DNA from: Eubacteriales bacterium
GTDB taxonomy: Bacteria; Bacillota; Clostridia; Oscillospirales; CAG-272
Direction: 5' to 3'
DNA length: 64,000 nucleotides
Assembly: GCA_045128275.1 (NCBI GenBank)
Contig: JBGVRH010000046.1
Location: 51,178-115,177 of the forward strand
Shown: piece by piece, positions 29,033 through 37,270 of the stretch
How positions within the stretch are numbered: the first letter of the stretch is position 1
How the letters are laid out: each line of letters begins with the position of its first letter
Translations under genes and position numbers: made by a program
The notes under the pieces: generated by a model
Told to the model about the DNA's origin: nothing
Databases searched by the model: none
The model's input: the letters and a program-made list of their open reading frames with translations, nothing else

Positions 29033-29473
29033 GATTTAAATGGTAAAAGCGAGACAATAAATTTTATTGAAAATTTCATGTCGGAATGGATAAACTATGG
29101 CTCATTTCAAAAGGTTGGACAAAATGGCGTTTTAATTCAAGGTCATAATAATTGAAACTATCTACGATATGTTTCCAAGCACCGTTCATAAATCAGGGAC
29201 AAATGTGATTTTCTACCTATGATTTTGAGACTTTTTGGAGTTTCCACCCCCGTTTTTGCCCGTTTTTTATACCTTTTGGAGTCTTGACCCATGTGGAGAA
29301 TGTCGTGTGCTTAAAACTCATACAGAATAATTCTCGCGAAAATATCCAGTAGTGGTAAAATCACCACCACATTTTCAGGAGAAATGAAACCCAAAATGCC
29401 GCGGCTTAAATGGTTTGAGCATAACGATAAAGTGAATAGAAAGTGAATAGAAAATGTAAAGGAGTTCTCAACC

Positions 29474-30799
29474 ATGTCCCCCTTTATCATAGCCATCATC
29501 CTCTTCGCCATCACCTACGTCCTTCTCTTCACCCTGCCCAAGGCGCGCTCCTACATAGCCCTTTGCTCGGCGGTGATCTTCTCGGTGTGGCTGACCTTCT
29601 TCTGCGCTGACATCGAGTTCGGTCTCGGTACCATCGTGGGTGCCATCGACTTCAATATCCTCATGATGATCGCGGGCACCATGGGCATCGTGACCCTGTT
29701 CATCGAGTCCAAAATGCCCATGCGGATCGCTGACGTGATGCTGTCCAAGTTCAAGAACGTCAAGATGGCCATTGTGGCCATGGCGGTGCTTTCGGGCGTG
29801 GTGTCGGCCTTCGTGGACAACGTGGCCACGGTCTTGATGATCGCCCCCATCGCTCTGGCGGTGTGCAAGAAGCAGAATATGTCCCCCGTCCCCGCCATCA
29901 TCTCCATCGCGGTCTCCTCCAACCTGCAGGGCGCGGCCACGCTGGTGGGCGACACCACCTCCATCCTGCTGGGCGGTTACGCCGGCATGAACTTCTTCGA
30001 CTTCTTCTGGTTCCTCGGCCGTCCCGGTATCTTTTGGGCGGTGGAGCTGGGCGCGGCGCTGACTGTGGTGATCCTCCTGTTCCTCTTCCGCAAGGAGACC
30101 AATCCTCTGACCCTCACCGACAAGACCGAGGTCACAGACTACGTTCCCTCCTACCTCATGGTGGGTGTTGTGGTGGCGCTGATCCTGGCCTCCTTCATCC
30201 CCCAGCCCGCGGGCGGCGCGCTTTTGACTCTATACGAGCTTCGCAACGGTATCATCTGCATGGTGCTTTTGTTGGTGGGCATCGTGATCAATCTCTGCCG
30301 TACCAGGAGCTTTGAGTCCACCAAGGGTGTGTTCAAGGAGATGGACTACCAGACCCTGCTCCTGCTGGCTTCCCTCTTCGTGGTCATTCAGGGCATCACC
30401 TCGGCGGGGGTTATCGACAAGCTGGCCGAGCTTCTGGTGAGCCTCGGCGGCGGCAATCTGTTCCTCATGTACACCGTCATCGTCTTCGCCTCGGTGCTGA
30501 TCTCGGCGGTGGTGGACAACATCCCCTACGTGCTGACCATGCTCCCCGTGGTGACGGGGGTGGCCCAGGCCATGGGGGTGGAGCCTTACGTCCTGTACTT
30601 CGGCCTCTTCGTGGGCGCGACCCTGGGCGGCAACATCACCCCCATCGGTGCCAGCGCGAACATCACGGGTATCGGTATTCTCCGCAAGGAGGGGCATGAG
30701 GTCAGAGCGAAGGACTTCATGAAGATCAGCGTGCCGTTTACGCTGACGGCGGTGCTTTCGGGGTATTTGTTTATTTGGGTTTTCTGGGGGCTTTTGTGA
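29474..30799 (+). CDS. ArsB/NhaD/CitMHS-superfamily permease
   Basis: 441-aa polytopic protein with internal duplication, typical of ion-transporter superfamily permeases. Confidence 0.7.
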   Translation: MSPFIIAIILFAITYVLLFTLPKARSYIALCSAVIFSVWLTFFCADIEFGLGTIVGAIDFNILMMIAGTMGIVTLFIESKMPMRIADVMLSKFKNVKMAIVAMAVLSGVVSAFVDNVATVLMIAPIALAVCKKQNMSPVPAIISIAVSSNLQGAATLVGDTTSILLGGYAGMNFFDFFWFLGRPGIFWAVELGAALTVVILLFLFRKETNPLTLTDKTEVTDYVPSYLMVGVVVALILASFIPQPAGGALLTLYELRNGIICMVLLLVGIVINLCRTRSFESTKGVFKEMDYQTLLLLASLFVVIQGITSAGVIDKLAELLVSLGGGNLFLMYTVIVFASVLISAVVDNIPYVLTMLPVVTGVAQAMGVEPYVLYFGLFVGATLGGNITPIGASANITGIGILRKEGHEVRAKDFMKISVPFTLTAVLSGYLFIWVFWGLL

Positions 30800-30802
30800 T
30801 CA

Positions 30803-30889
30803 CGCCCGCAGGGCATATCTCGCCCGAAGGGCATATCGTGCCAAACGGGCATATCTCGCCCAAAGGGCATCTCGCGCGCCGTTAGGCGC
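30803..30889. repeat. array of ~18-nt mini-hairpin units (orientation A)
   Basis: CGCCCGCAGGGCATATCT / CGCCCGAAGGGCATATCG / TGCCAAACGGGCATATCT / CGCCCAAAGGGCATCT... Starts 3 nt after the permease stop. It is the reverse complement of 31302-31372. Confidence 0.9.
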
Positions 30890-30919
30890 TCCATTCCATG
30901 ATTTCAAGGAGAACCTACC

Positions 30920-31294
30920 ATGGACAAGATCACCATACGCGAGTTATCCATAGATTTGACAGTTGACATTACGAAGGTTTGCGATCCACTCAGAGGCCGC
31001 AGTATCTTCATCAACCAGCTTCTCCGTGCCTGTTCCTCTATCGGCGCGAACGCCAGTGAAGCCAGATACGCGCAGAGCAACGCTGACTTTATCAATAAGC
31101 TTGAAATCGCGCTGAAGGAGTGCAACGAGACCGATTATTGGTTGGAAATACTGGTAAAGACAAACTCCATCAGTCAAGACGATTATCGCAGATTGTGCAG
31201 TAAATGCAGTCACATCAAGCGAAAGCTGATCGCGTCTATCACAACTGTTAAGAACAAAACAAATTCACAGTTCCCTACAGAACCGCAACCTTAA
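30920..31294 (+). CDS. four-helix-bundle protein (23S rRNA intervening-sequence protein / Avd family)
   Basis: 124 aa, QLLRACSSIGANASEARYAQSNADFINKLEIALKECNETDYWLEIL matches the family signature as remembered. Lower GC than flanks. Confidence 0.8.
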   Translation: MDKITIRELSIDLTVDITKVCDPLRGRSIFINQLLRACSSIGANASEARYAQSNADFINKLEIALKECNETDYWLEILVKTNSISQDDYRRLCSKCSHIKRKLIASITTVKNKTNSQFPTEPQP

Positions 31295-31301
31295 AGTAAT
31301 T

Positions 31302-31372
31302 GCGATATGCCCTTCGGGCACGATATGCCTACGGCGCGATATGCCCGTTGGGCGCGATATGCCCTTCGGGCG
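31302..31372. repeat. array of ~18-nt mini-hairpin units (orientation B)
   Basis: GATATGCCCTTCGGGCAC / GATATGCCTACGGCGC / GATATGCCCGTTGGGCGC / GATATGCCCTTCGGGCG. Starts 7 nt after the four-helix ORF stop. Confidence 0.9.
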
Positions 31373-31387
31373 TGAAAGGAGTCTCCC

Positions 31388-32211
31388 ATGAACGTCATCC
31401 ACACAACCCTCGAGATCGGCGCCACCGCGCCCTTCAGGATCATCCACCTCTCCGACACCCATCTGACCTACGCCGATCTCCGCGACGGCCAGCGCAAGGT
31501 GGATCTCATTGATTGGCGGCTTCCCTCCTTCCCCAACGCTGAAAAGGTGCTGGCCGAGGCGGGGGAGCTGTCCCGTGAGCTGAACGCCCCCATCTTCCAC
31601 ACGGGGGATCTCATCGACTACGTATCCCTGGCCAATCTGGAGGCGGTGAAGGCCTTCACCGACACCCACGACGTGTACATGGCCACGGGCAACCATGAGT
31701 TCTCCCTCTACGTAGGGGAGGCCAAGGAGGACGCGGCTTACCGCAACCAAAGTCTGCCCGCGGTGCAGGCCTGCTTTGGGAACAACATCCGCATGGATTC
31801 CCGTGTGGTGAACGGGGTCAATTTCGTCGCGCTGGACAACGGATACTACCTCTTTGAGCCCGAGCAGTTCGAGTTCCTCAAGGGAGAGGTGGCCAAAGGG
31901 CTGCCCATCGTGCTGATGATGCACACGCCCCTGTACGATCCCAAGTTCTACGAGCGCATGATGAGCTACTGCCCCTGCGCCTACCTTATGGGCGTGCCCG
32001 AGGAGCTGATGGTGGGCTAACCCCCGACCGCTACATCCAGCAGAAGGCGGACGAGGTCACGCTGAAGATGATGGAGTACATCGCAAAGGAGCCGCTCATC
32101 AAGTACATTCTGACGGGGCATCAGCATTTTGATTTCGAGAGCGTGTACGCCGAGAGAGTGCCCCAGATCGTGACGGGGATCGAGACGGCGAGGGTGATCG
32201 AGTTCGTGTAA
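31388..32211 (+). pseudogene. metallophosphoesterase, frameshifted
   Basis: The 210-aa ORF stops at TAA 32018-32020. The reading continues stop-free in the -1 frame to TAA 32209-32211 and carries the missing GHxH motif (ILTGHQHFD). The break lies next to a C5 run at 32021-32025. Confidence 0.7.
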
Positions 32212-32222
32212 AGGAGACCGCT

Positions 32223-33560
32223 ATGCTCACCCAAGATGCATATAAGCAGTTCTTTGAATCCCGTGACTTCCAAAAGAAATGGAAGGCCTACAAAACCGCC
32301 TTTGGGAAGAATCTGGACGGGCTGTTCGGGGATAACTACAACGCGAAGGTACGGCTGGCCGAGGGGTTGCAGTTACTATTGGACGGCAAGCTCCACGACG
32401 CGTATCACGGCCACCTCCGCCACTTCGCAGGCCTCTGCGAGACCCAGCTTGACCGCGCCGTTTTCGATCGGTTGGTCGCCCTCTGCTTCAACGAGTCGGA
32501 GATGTCCGCGGTGCGGGAGGGGGATTGGGTCAAACGCTCGTTGGGGGATGATTTCCTCTATGCCCGCGTGGAGAAACGGACGGCAGAGGGCGCTGTGGTC
32601 AAGGAGATCTTTACCCGCGGCTTGGTCTATATGAGGGATCAGGTGCGGGATCAGCCCTATTTCCGCTTGGAGATCACCGATCTGAAATGCTACCAGCTTC
32701 CCTCCCGTGCTGAGCTGAAGACCATCCAAGCCTATTGGGATGCCCACCCCGAGGAGGAGGCGTTGACCCGCCGCCACACCGAGCGGATGCTTTCCTATCG
32801 GGATGCCGCCTTGAAGAACGGTATGCAGGAGGCCGCCTGGGAGCACTGTCAATTCCACTTCTATCGGCGCACCACCGACAAGGCGGCCTTTGCTCTCAAT
32901 CTTCGGGATTATGGCACCCACATCCGCGTGGTCTACGGCTTCACGACCATTCCCGACGAGGATTTCTTCCGCGACCACGGAGGGGACGACGACGATATCA
33001 AGCTCCGCCACGCCGCTATCATACGGGACGATGAAGATGAAGCCGAGACCGCCCGCTCCATACAGGCGGTGTTTGAGCAGTACCGCCACACGGCCAAGGA
33101 CGATATCCTCGCGCTGAAAAAGGAGCGGCAGAAGGAGTTTCTGTCCCGCATCCACGCCTACCTCAAGCCCTTGGGCTTTGCCAAGAAGGCTTCCAAGTGG
33201 ACGAAAAAGCTCCCCGACGGCTTTGTTTTGGAGTTTGAGGCGCAGAAATCCGCCTATTCGGATGTGTATTACTTCAATATCTCGGTGTACCCTGACGGTC
33301 AGCTCTACCACGCCTGCTTCAGCACCCGGCTGACCACCGACGGAGAGCAGACCCACAACTGGCAGATCCTCACCGACGGGCAATTCCGTGATATCATGGA
33401 AAGAGCCATTAAGACCTATATCCAACCCATCCTGCAAACGCCCTTTTCCGAGCTGGGCAAGAAATCCCGCATCTGGGCGAGGTGCCTCTGTCAGCGGGAC
33501 AGGTGCGAGGCTTGCTGGGTGGAGAAGAATCTGTGGGAGACGAAAGAGGAGACGAAATGA
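32223..33560 (+). CDS. hypothetical protein (C-terminal DUF4304-like region)
   Basis: 445 aa, coding-like composition, AGGAG RBS. No confident family. Confidence 0.6.
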   Translation: MLTQDAYKQFFESRDFQKKWKAYKTAFGKNLDGLFGDNYNAKVRLAEGLQLLLDGKLHDAYHGHLRHFAGLCETQLDRAVFDRLVALCFNESEMSAVREGDWVKRSLGDDFLYARVEKRTAEGAVVKEIFTRGLVYMRDQVRDQPYFRLEITDLKCYQLPSRAELKTIQAYWDAHPEEEALTRRHTERMLSYRDAALKNGMQEAAWEHCQFHFYRRTTDKAAFALNLRDYGTHIRVVYGFTTIPDEDFFRDHGGDDDDIKLRHAAIIRDDEDEAETARSIQAVFEQYRHTAKDDILALKKERQKEFLSRIHAYLKPLGFAKKASKWTKKLPDGFVLEFEAQKSAYSDVYYFNISVYPDGQLYHACFSTRLTTDGEQTHNWQILTDGQFRDIMERAIKTYIQPILQTPFSELGKKSRIWARCLCQRDRCEACWVEKNLWETKEETK

Positions 33561-34153
33561 ATCATCCTCCGCGCCATCCCCGAAAGGAGACCGCTATGGA
33601 ACGTCAGAAAGATCTCCCGCGCAAGACCCAATACCACATCGCCGCCTGGATCCTCGCGGCGGTCTCGGCCTTCCTCATCCTGCTTTTGGTGGAGTCCGCG
33701 CTGAATATCCCTCTGCTCCATGCCACCCATGAAGACTTTCCCCGCAGAGAGTACACCTTTGTTTCTCTGCGGATCAACAAGGATCCCGAGGACGGAAGGC
33801 GTACCTATCTTATGACCGTGGAGGAGGAGACTCTGCCTCTGCGGATCCCCGATCTGATGGACTCGCCACAGCTTCGCTCTCGGCTGGAGGCCTTTGAGGC
33901 GGGAGACAGATTCTACTGCTACGTTGACGAGAATTCCGCTTCTCTGGAGGCGGTGGAGATGGGAATCTATACCCACGTGGATTTTTACACCCTGGAGGAG
34001 TATCAGGCCGAGCTTGCCGTGAGTCTTTACTCGCTCTTGCCCATCGGCGGGGTGATACTGGTGATCTCGGTGGGGGCCTCGGTCTGGTGCTTTGTGAAGG
34101 CGAGGAGATGCGGACTGGAGACGCCCGTAGCCGTGGATGATTCCATCTCTTAA
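33557..34153 (+). CDS. hypothetical membrane-anchored protein
   Basis: 198 aa from MNHPP. ATGA overlap with the upstream stop. TM helices near both the N- and C-termini. Confidence 0.55.
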   Translation: MNHPPRHPRKETAMERQKDLPRKTQYHIAAWILAAVSAFLILLLVESALNIPLLHATHEDFPRREYTFVSLRINKDPEDGRRTYLMTVEEETLPLRIPDLMDSPQLRSRLEAFEAGDRFYCYVDENSASLEAVEMGIYTHVDFYTLEEYQAELAVSLYSLLPIGGVILVISVGASVWCFVKARRCGLETPVAVDDSIS

Positions 34154-34166
34154 TAAATAATGAAAA

Positions 34167-34238
34167 CGATATGCCCTTCGGGCGCGAGATGCCCGTTGGG
34201 CGCGAGATGCCCGTTGGGCGCGGTATGCCCTGCGGGCG
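34167..34238. repeat. array of 18-nt mini-hairpin units (orientation B)
   Basis: GATATGCCCTTCGGGCGC / GAGATGCCCGTTGGGCGC / GAGATGCCCGTTGGGCGC / GGTATGCCCTGCGGGCG. Starts 13 nt after the upstream stop. Confidence 0.9.
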
Positions 34239-34256
34239 TAATAGAAAGGATAGAAT

Positions 34257-35396
34257 ATGCTCCCCTGCCCCTACGCGAAAAAATGCGGAGGCTGCTCCCT
34301 CCAGAACCTCCCCTATGAAGAACAGCTCCACTTGAAGCAGGCCAAGCTCATTAAGCTCCTTGGCCGTTTTGGCCGTGTGGAGGAGATCATCGGCATGGAG
34401 GATCCCACCCACTACCGCAACAAGATCCAAGCGGCCTTCCGCTCCAAGAGTGGGAAGGTGGTGTCGGGTGTGTACCAGTCTGCCTCCCGCCGCATCGTGG
34501 AGGTGGAGTCCTGTATGCTGGAGGACGAGTGCGCCGCGCCTATCCTGGCTACCGTCCGCAAGCTCTGCGCCTCCATGAAGATCCGTCCCTATGATCTGGA
34601 ATCGGGTCAGGGCTTTCTGCGGCACGTCTTGATCCGCAAGGGCTTTGTGAGCGGGGAGATCATGGTGGTGCTGGTCACAACCAAGGGCGAGTTCCGATCC
34701 GAGCGATCCTTTGTGAATGAACTGCTCCGTCGCCATCCCGAGATCACCACGGTGGTGCGGAATATCAACCCCACCGACACCGCCCTGTTTCTGGGGAGCG
34801 AGAGCCATATCCTCCACGGGGAGGGCTACATCACCGACCGCCTCTGCGGGCTGGAGTTCCGCATCAGCCCCCGCTCCTTCTATCAGGTCAATCCCATCCA
34901 GACCGAGATCCTGTACGGCAAGGCCAAGGAGTTCGCGGGTCTGACTGGGAGTGAGACCGTCATCGACGCCTACTGCGGCACGGGTACCATCGGGCTGACC
35001 GTGGCCTCGGGTGCCAAGGAGGTGATCGGCGTTGAGGTGAATAAGGACGCGGTGGCCGATGCTATGGAGAACGCCAAGCGCAACGGTGTCACCAACGCGG
35101 TCTTCCACGCCGCCGACGCGGGGGAGTTTATGGAGGCCATGGCCGCGAAGGGGCAGAGTGCCGACGTGGTCATCACCGACCCGCCGAGAGCGGGGTGCAG
35201 CGGGAAGTTTTTGCACAGTCTTATGAAGCTGGCTCCCAAGAGGATCGTGTACGTGTCCTGCAATCCCGAGACGTTGGCGCGGGATCTGTATACCTTGAGT
35301 AAGGGCGGGTATAAGGTGAGGAGGATACAGCCGGTGGATATGTTTCCGTTTACCTCCCATGCGGAGGTGGTCGTGGGGGTGGAGAGGAAAATATGA
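34257..35396 (+). CDS. RumA-family RNA (uracil-C5)-methyltransferase (no TRAM domain)
   Basis: 379 aa. CPYAKKCGGCSLQN Cys cluster, DAYCGTGTIG SAM motif, YVSCNPETLARD...VDMFPFTSHAEVV. Confidence 0.85.
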   Translation: MLPCPYAKKCGGCSLQNLPYEEQLHLKQAKLIKLLGRFGRVEEIIGMEDPTHYRNKIQAAFRSKSGKVVSGVYQSASRRIVEVESCMLEDECAAPILATVRKLCASMKIRPYDLESGQGFLRHVLIRKGFVSGEIMVVLVTTKGEFRSERSFVNELLRRHPEITTVVRNINPTDTALFLGSESHILHGEGYITDRLCGLEFRISPRSFYQVNPIQTEILYGKAKEFAGLTGSETVIDAYCGTGTIGLTVASGAKEVIGVEVNKDAVADAMENAKRNGVTNAVFHAADAGEFMEAMAAKGQSADVVITDPPRAGCSGKFLHSLMKLAPKRIVYVSCNPETLARDLYTLSKGGYKVRRIQPVDMFPFTSHAEVVVGVERKI

Positions 35397-35974
35397 GTTT
35401 ACCTGAACGAAAGAACCATCGTTTAAGACCATATGATTACGGAAAAAGCGGCTACTATTTCATTACGATCTGTACAAACAACCGCTTGCCGCTTCTATCT
35501 GTGATCACCGCACGGGAACAAAACTCCCCTTTGGTTCCCTCTACCCCCATTGTAGGGAGCGGTGCCCTCACCGCTCCGCAACCTTTGGTCACCCTTACAC
35601 TATTTGGTAAGACGGTACTGGAAAGCTGGAACAAAATTGAAACCATGAATGAAAATATCGCAATTGATAAGTATATTTTCATGCCCGACCATATTCACGG
35701 CATTATTCGTATAGATAACCCCGAAAAGATCCAACACCCAAAAGAGAATTTTGACTTTCAAGTGGCGGAGCGGTGGGGGCACCGCTCCCTACCGGGGGTT
35801 ATCCGAGATTTCAAATCCGTGACCACCCGTCAATACAAATCCATGTTTCATGTGAATGAATCGTTGTGGCAGTCCTCTTATTATGACACAGTGATCCGCA
35901 CACGCGAACAGTATATTGATATATGGAATTATATCGAGAACAATCCCCAAAAATGGTTATTTGAACACAGTTAA
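35393..35974 (+). CDS. REP-associated tyrosine transposase-like (RAYT / IS200-like Y1 HUH) protein
   Basis: 193 aa. YDYGKSGYYFITICTNNR, HUH motif FMPDHIHGII, C-terminal catalytic-Tyr region LWQSSYYDTVIRTREQYIDIWNYIENNPQKW. Lower GC. ATGA overlap with the upstream stop. Confidence 0.8.
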   Translation: MSLPERKNHRLRPYDYGKSGYYFITICTNNRLPLLSVITAREQNSPLVPSTPIVGSGALTAPQPLVTLTLFGKTVLESWNKIETMNENIAIDKYIFMPDHIHGIIRIDNPEKIQHPKENFDFQVAERWGHRSLPGVIRDFKSVTTRQYKSMFHVNESLWQSSYYDTVIRTREQYIDIWNYIENNPQKWLFEHS

Positions 35975-35997
35975 TAGCGTGAAGAAAGGAACCGCCA

Positions 35998-36558
35998 ATG
36001 TCCAAAAGATCCCGTGCCCGTACCAAGGCGCGACAATCGGAAAAGCAGACCGCCAGTGATCTGGAATTGAAGAAAGCACACATTCGTGATGCCTCCTCCG
36101 AGCAGGTGATTTATTTGATCCTGTGGGGGGTGCTTACCGCCGTATGCCTGGCAGTCCCCGTGTTTTTTCAGCCATCCTCGGTTTCCCTTTGGTTTCTCCC
36201 CGTGGCACCTGCCATTCTGACCGCCATATGGGCAGTGCGGGCGATCCGTTTCCGTCGGGTCGCAAGGCTGTACGAGGGCATTTGCCACGCAAGCGAGGAG
36301 ACCGTGTCGTTTCGCTGCCGCAAGGTGGATTTCTATGAGCGGCAGATCTCCAAGTGGAACTCGATCCTGTTCTGCATCGCCTTTTACGCTGAGGACGGAC
36401 GGGTATTTTACTACGTTTACGCCTATCGGGAGGGACTGTCCCCCCTTGCGGTCAAGACGATCCGAAAACGGTTTACGGGTGCCGACGTGGAATTTTTGTG
36501 CTACCGCGGTACTACGGCCGTAAAAGAATTTGATCCCTACCAACTCATTCTCACATAG
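35998..36558 (+). CDS. hypothetical membrane protein
   Basis: 186 aa with a basic N-terminus, two TM helices and a C-terminal soluble domain. Confidence 0.5.
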   Translation: MSKRSRARTKARQSEKQTASDLELKKAHIRDASSEQVIYLILWGVLTAVCLAVPVFFQPSSVSLWFLPVAPAILTAIWAVRAIRFRRVARLYEGICHASEETVSFRCRKVDFYERQISKWNSILFCIAFYAEDGRVFYYVYAYREGLSPLAVKTIRKRFTGADVEFLCYRGTTAVKEFDPYQLILT

Positions 36559-36571
36559 AAAGGAACCCACC

Positions 36572-37270
36572 ATGAACATCCTCTTCATCGGCAACAGCTA
36601 CACCTACTTTTTCGACCTCCCTTCCCTTTTCGCTGACCTCTGCCGCGCAAACGGTCACGACGTCCGCGTGGATTCCGTCACTGCCGGCGGCCGCAAGCTG
36701 CACGAGTGTCTGACCGAATTCTATAGCGATCTGAACGTGGGCGACCCGCTGGGCAAGAAGATCTCCGAGCTTCTGGAGGAGGTGGAGTACGACGTGCTGA
36801 TCCTGCAGGAGCAGTCCTGTCTCCCCTACCACAACCCCGAGCTGTTCTTCGCGGGGGCGGTGGGGCTGTCCACCATCATCGGGGCGTGGCGCACCATCCT
36901 GTACGCGACTTGGGGCCGCATGGACGGCAGTGAGGATCTGGACTACTTCGGCTGGACCCGTCTTTCCATGACCCGGGGACTGTATGATTCCTACTGCCAC
37001 GCCGCCTCGCTGGTTCACGGCGAGGTGTCCCCCGTGGGTCTGTGCTTCGCCAAGGCGGTGGAGACCACCCCCGAGATCGACCTGTACGATCCCGACAAGT
37101 CCCATCCCTCCTACGCGGGCTCCTGTGTGACGGCTCTGTGCCACTACAAGACGGTGTTCGGGGAGATGCCTGCCGATCTGTCGGCGCTGAAGCTGGATCG
37201 TGAGGCGGTGGCCAAGCTTACGGCCATCGTGGACGAGGTGGTGCAGGTAGAAAAGGAAATTGAATCATGA
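36572..37270 (+). CDS. SGNH/GDSL-like hydrolase family protein
   Basis: 232 aa from MNILFIGNSYTYF (GNS block I-like motif). N-terminal ORF extension trimmed. Confidence 0.55.
   Translation: MNILFIGNSYTYFFDLPSLFADLCRANGHDVRVDSVTAGGRKLHECLTEFYSDLNVGDPLGKKISELLEEVEYDVLILQEQSCLPYHNPELFFAGAVGLSTIIGAWRTILYATWGRMDGSEDLDYFGWTRLSMTRGLYDSYCHAASLVHGEVSPVGLCFAKAVETTPEIDLYDPDKSHPSYAGSCVTALCHYKTVFGEMPADLSALKLDREAVAKLTAIVDEVVQVEKEIES

Noticed and set aside
27601-29300. Additional short similarities between the islet flanks (TTGACCCAT and TTTTTG-rich words) that appear in permuted order on the two sides.
   Set aside because: These are short AT-rich words whose order is inconsistent with either direct or inverted repeats, so they are plausibly chance matches. 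Only the 17-21-nt GGGACAAATG..GATTTTGAG repeat was kept.
29311-29514. A 67-aa minus-strand ORF in the AT-rich gap before the permease gene.
   Set aside because: It overlaps the permease start and RBS in antisense, has no SD, and has hydrophobic low-complexity composition typical of AT-rich noise.
30920-31294. Four-helix-bundle ORF considered as Avd of a diversity-generating retroelement.
   Set aside because: No reverse transcriptase ORF and no template/variable repeat pair is visible anywhere in the window.
30803-34238. Tandem 18-nt and 7-nt repeat arrays considered as CRISPR arrays.
   Set aside because: The units are contiguous with no unique spacers, the unit sizes are far below CRISPR repeat plus spacer periodicity, and no cas genes are present.
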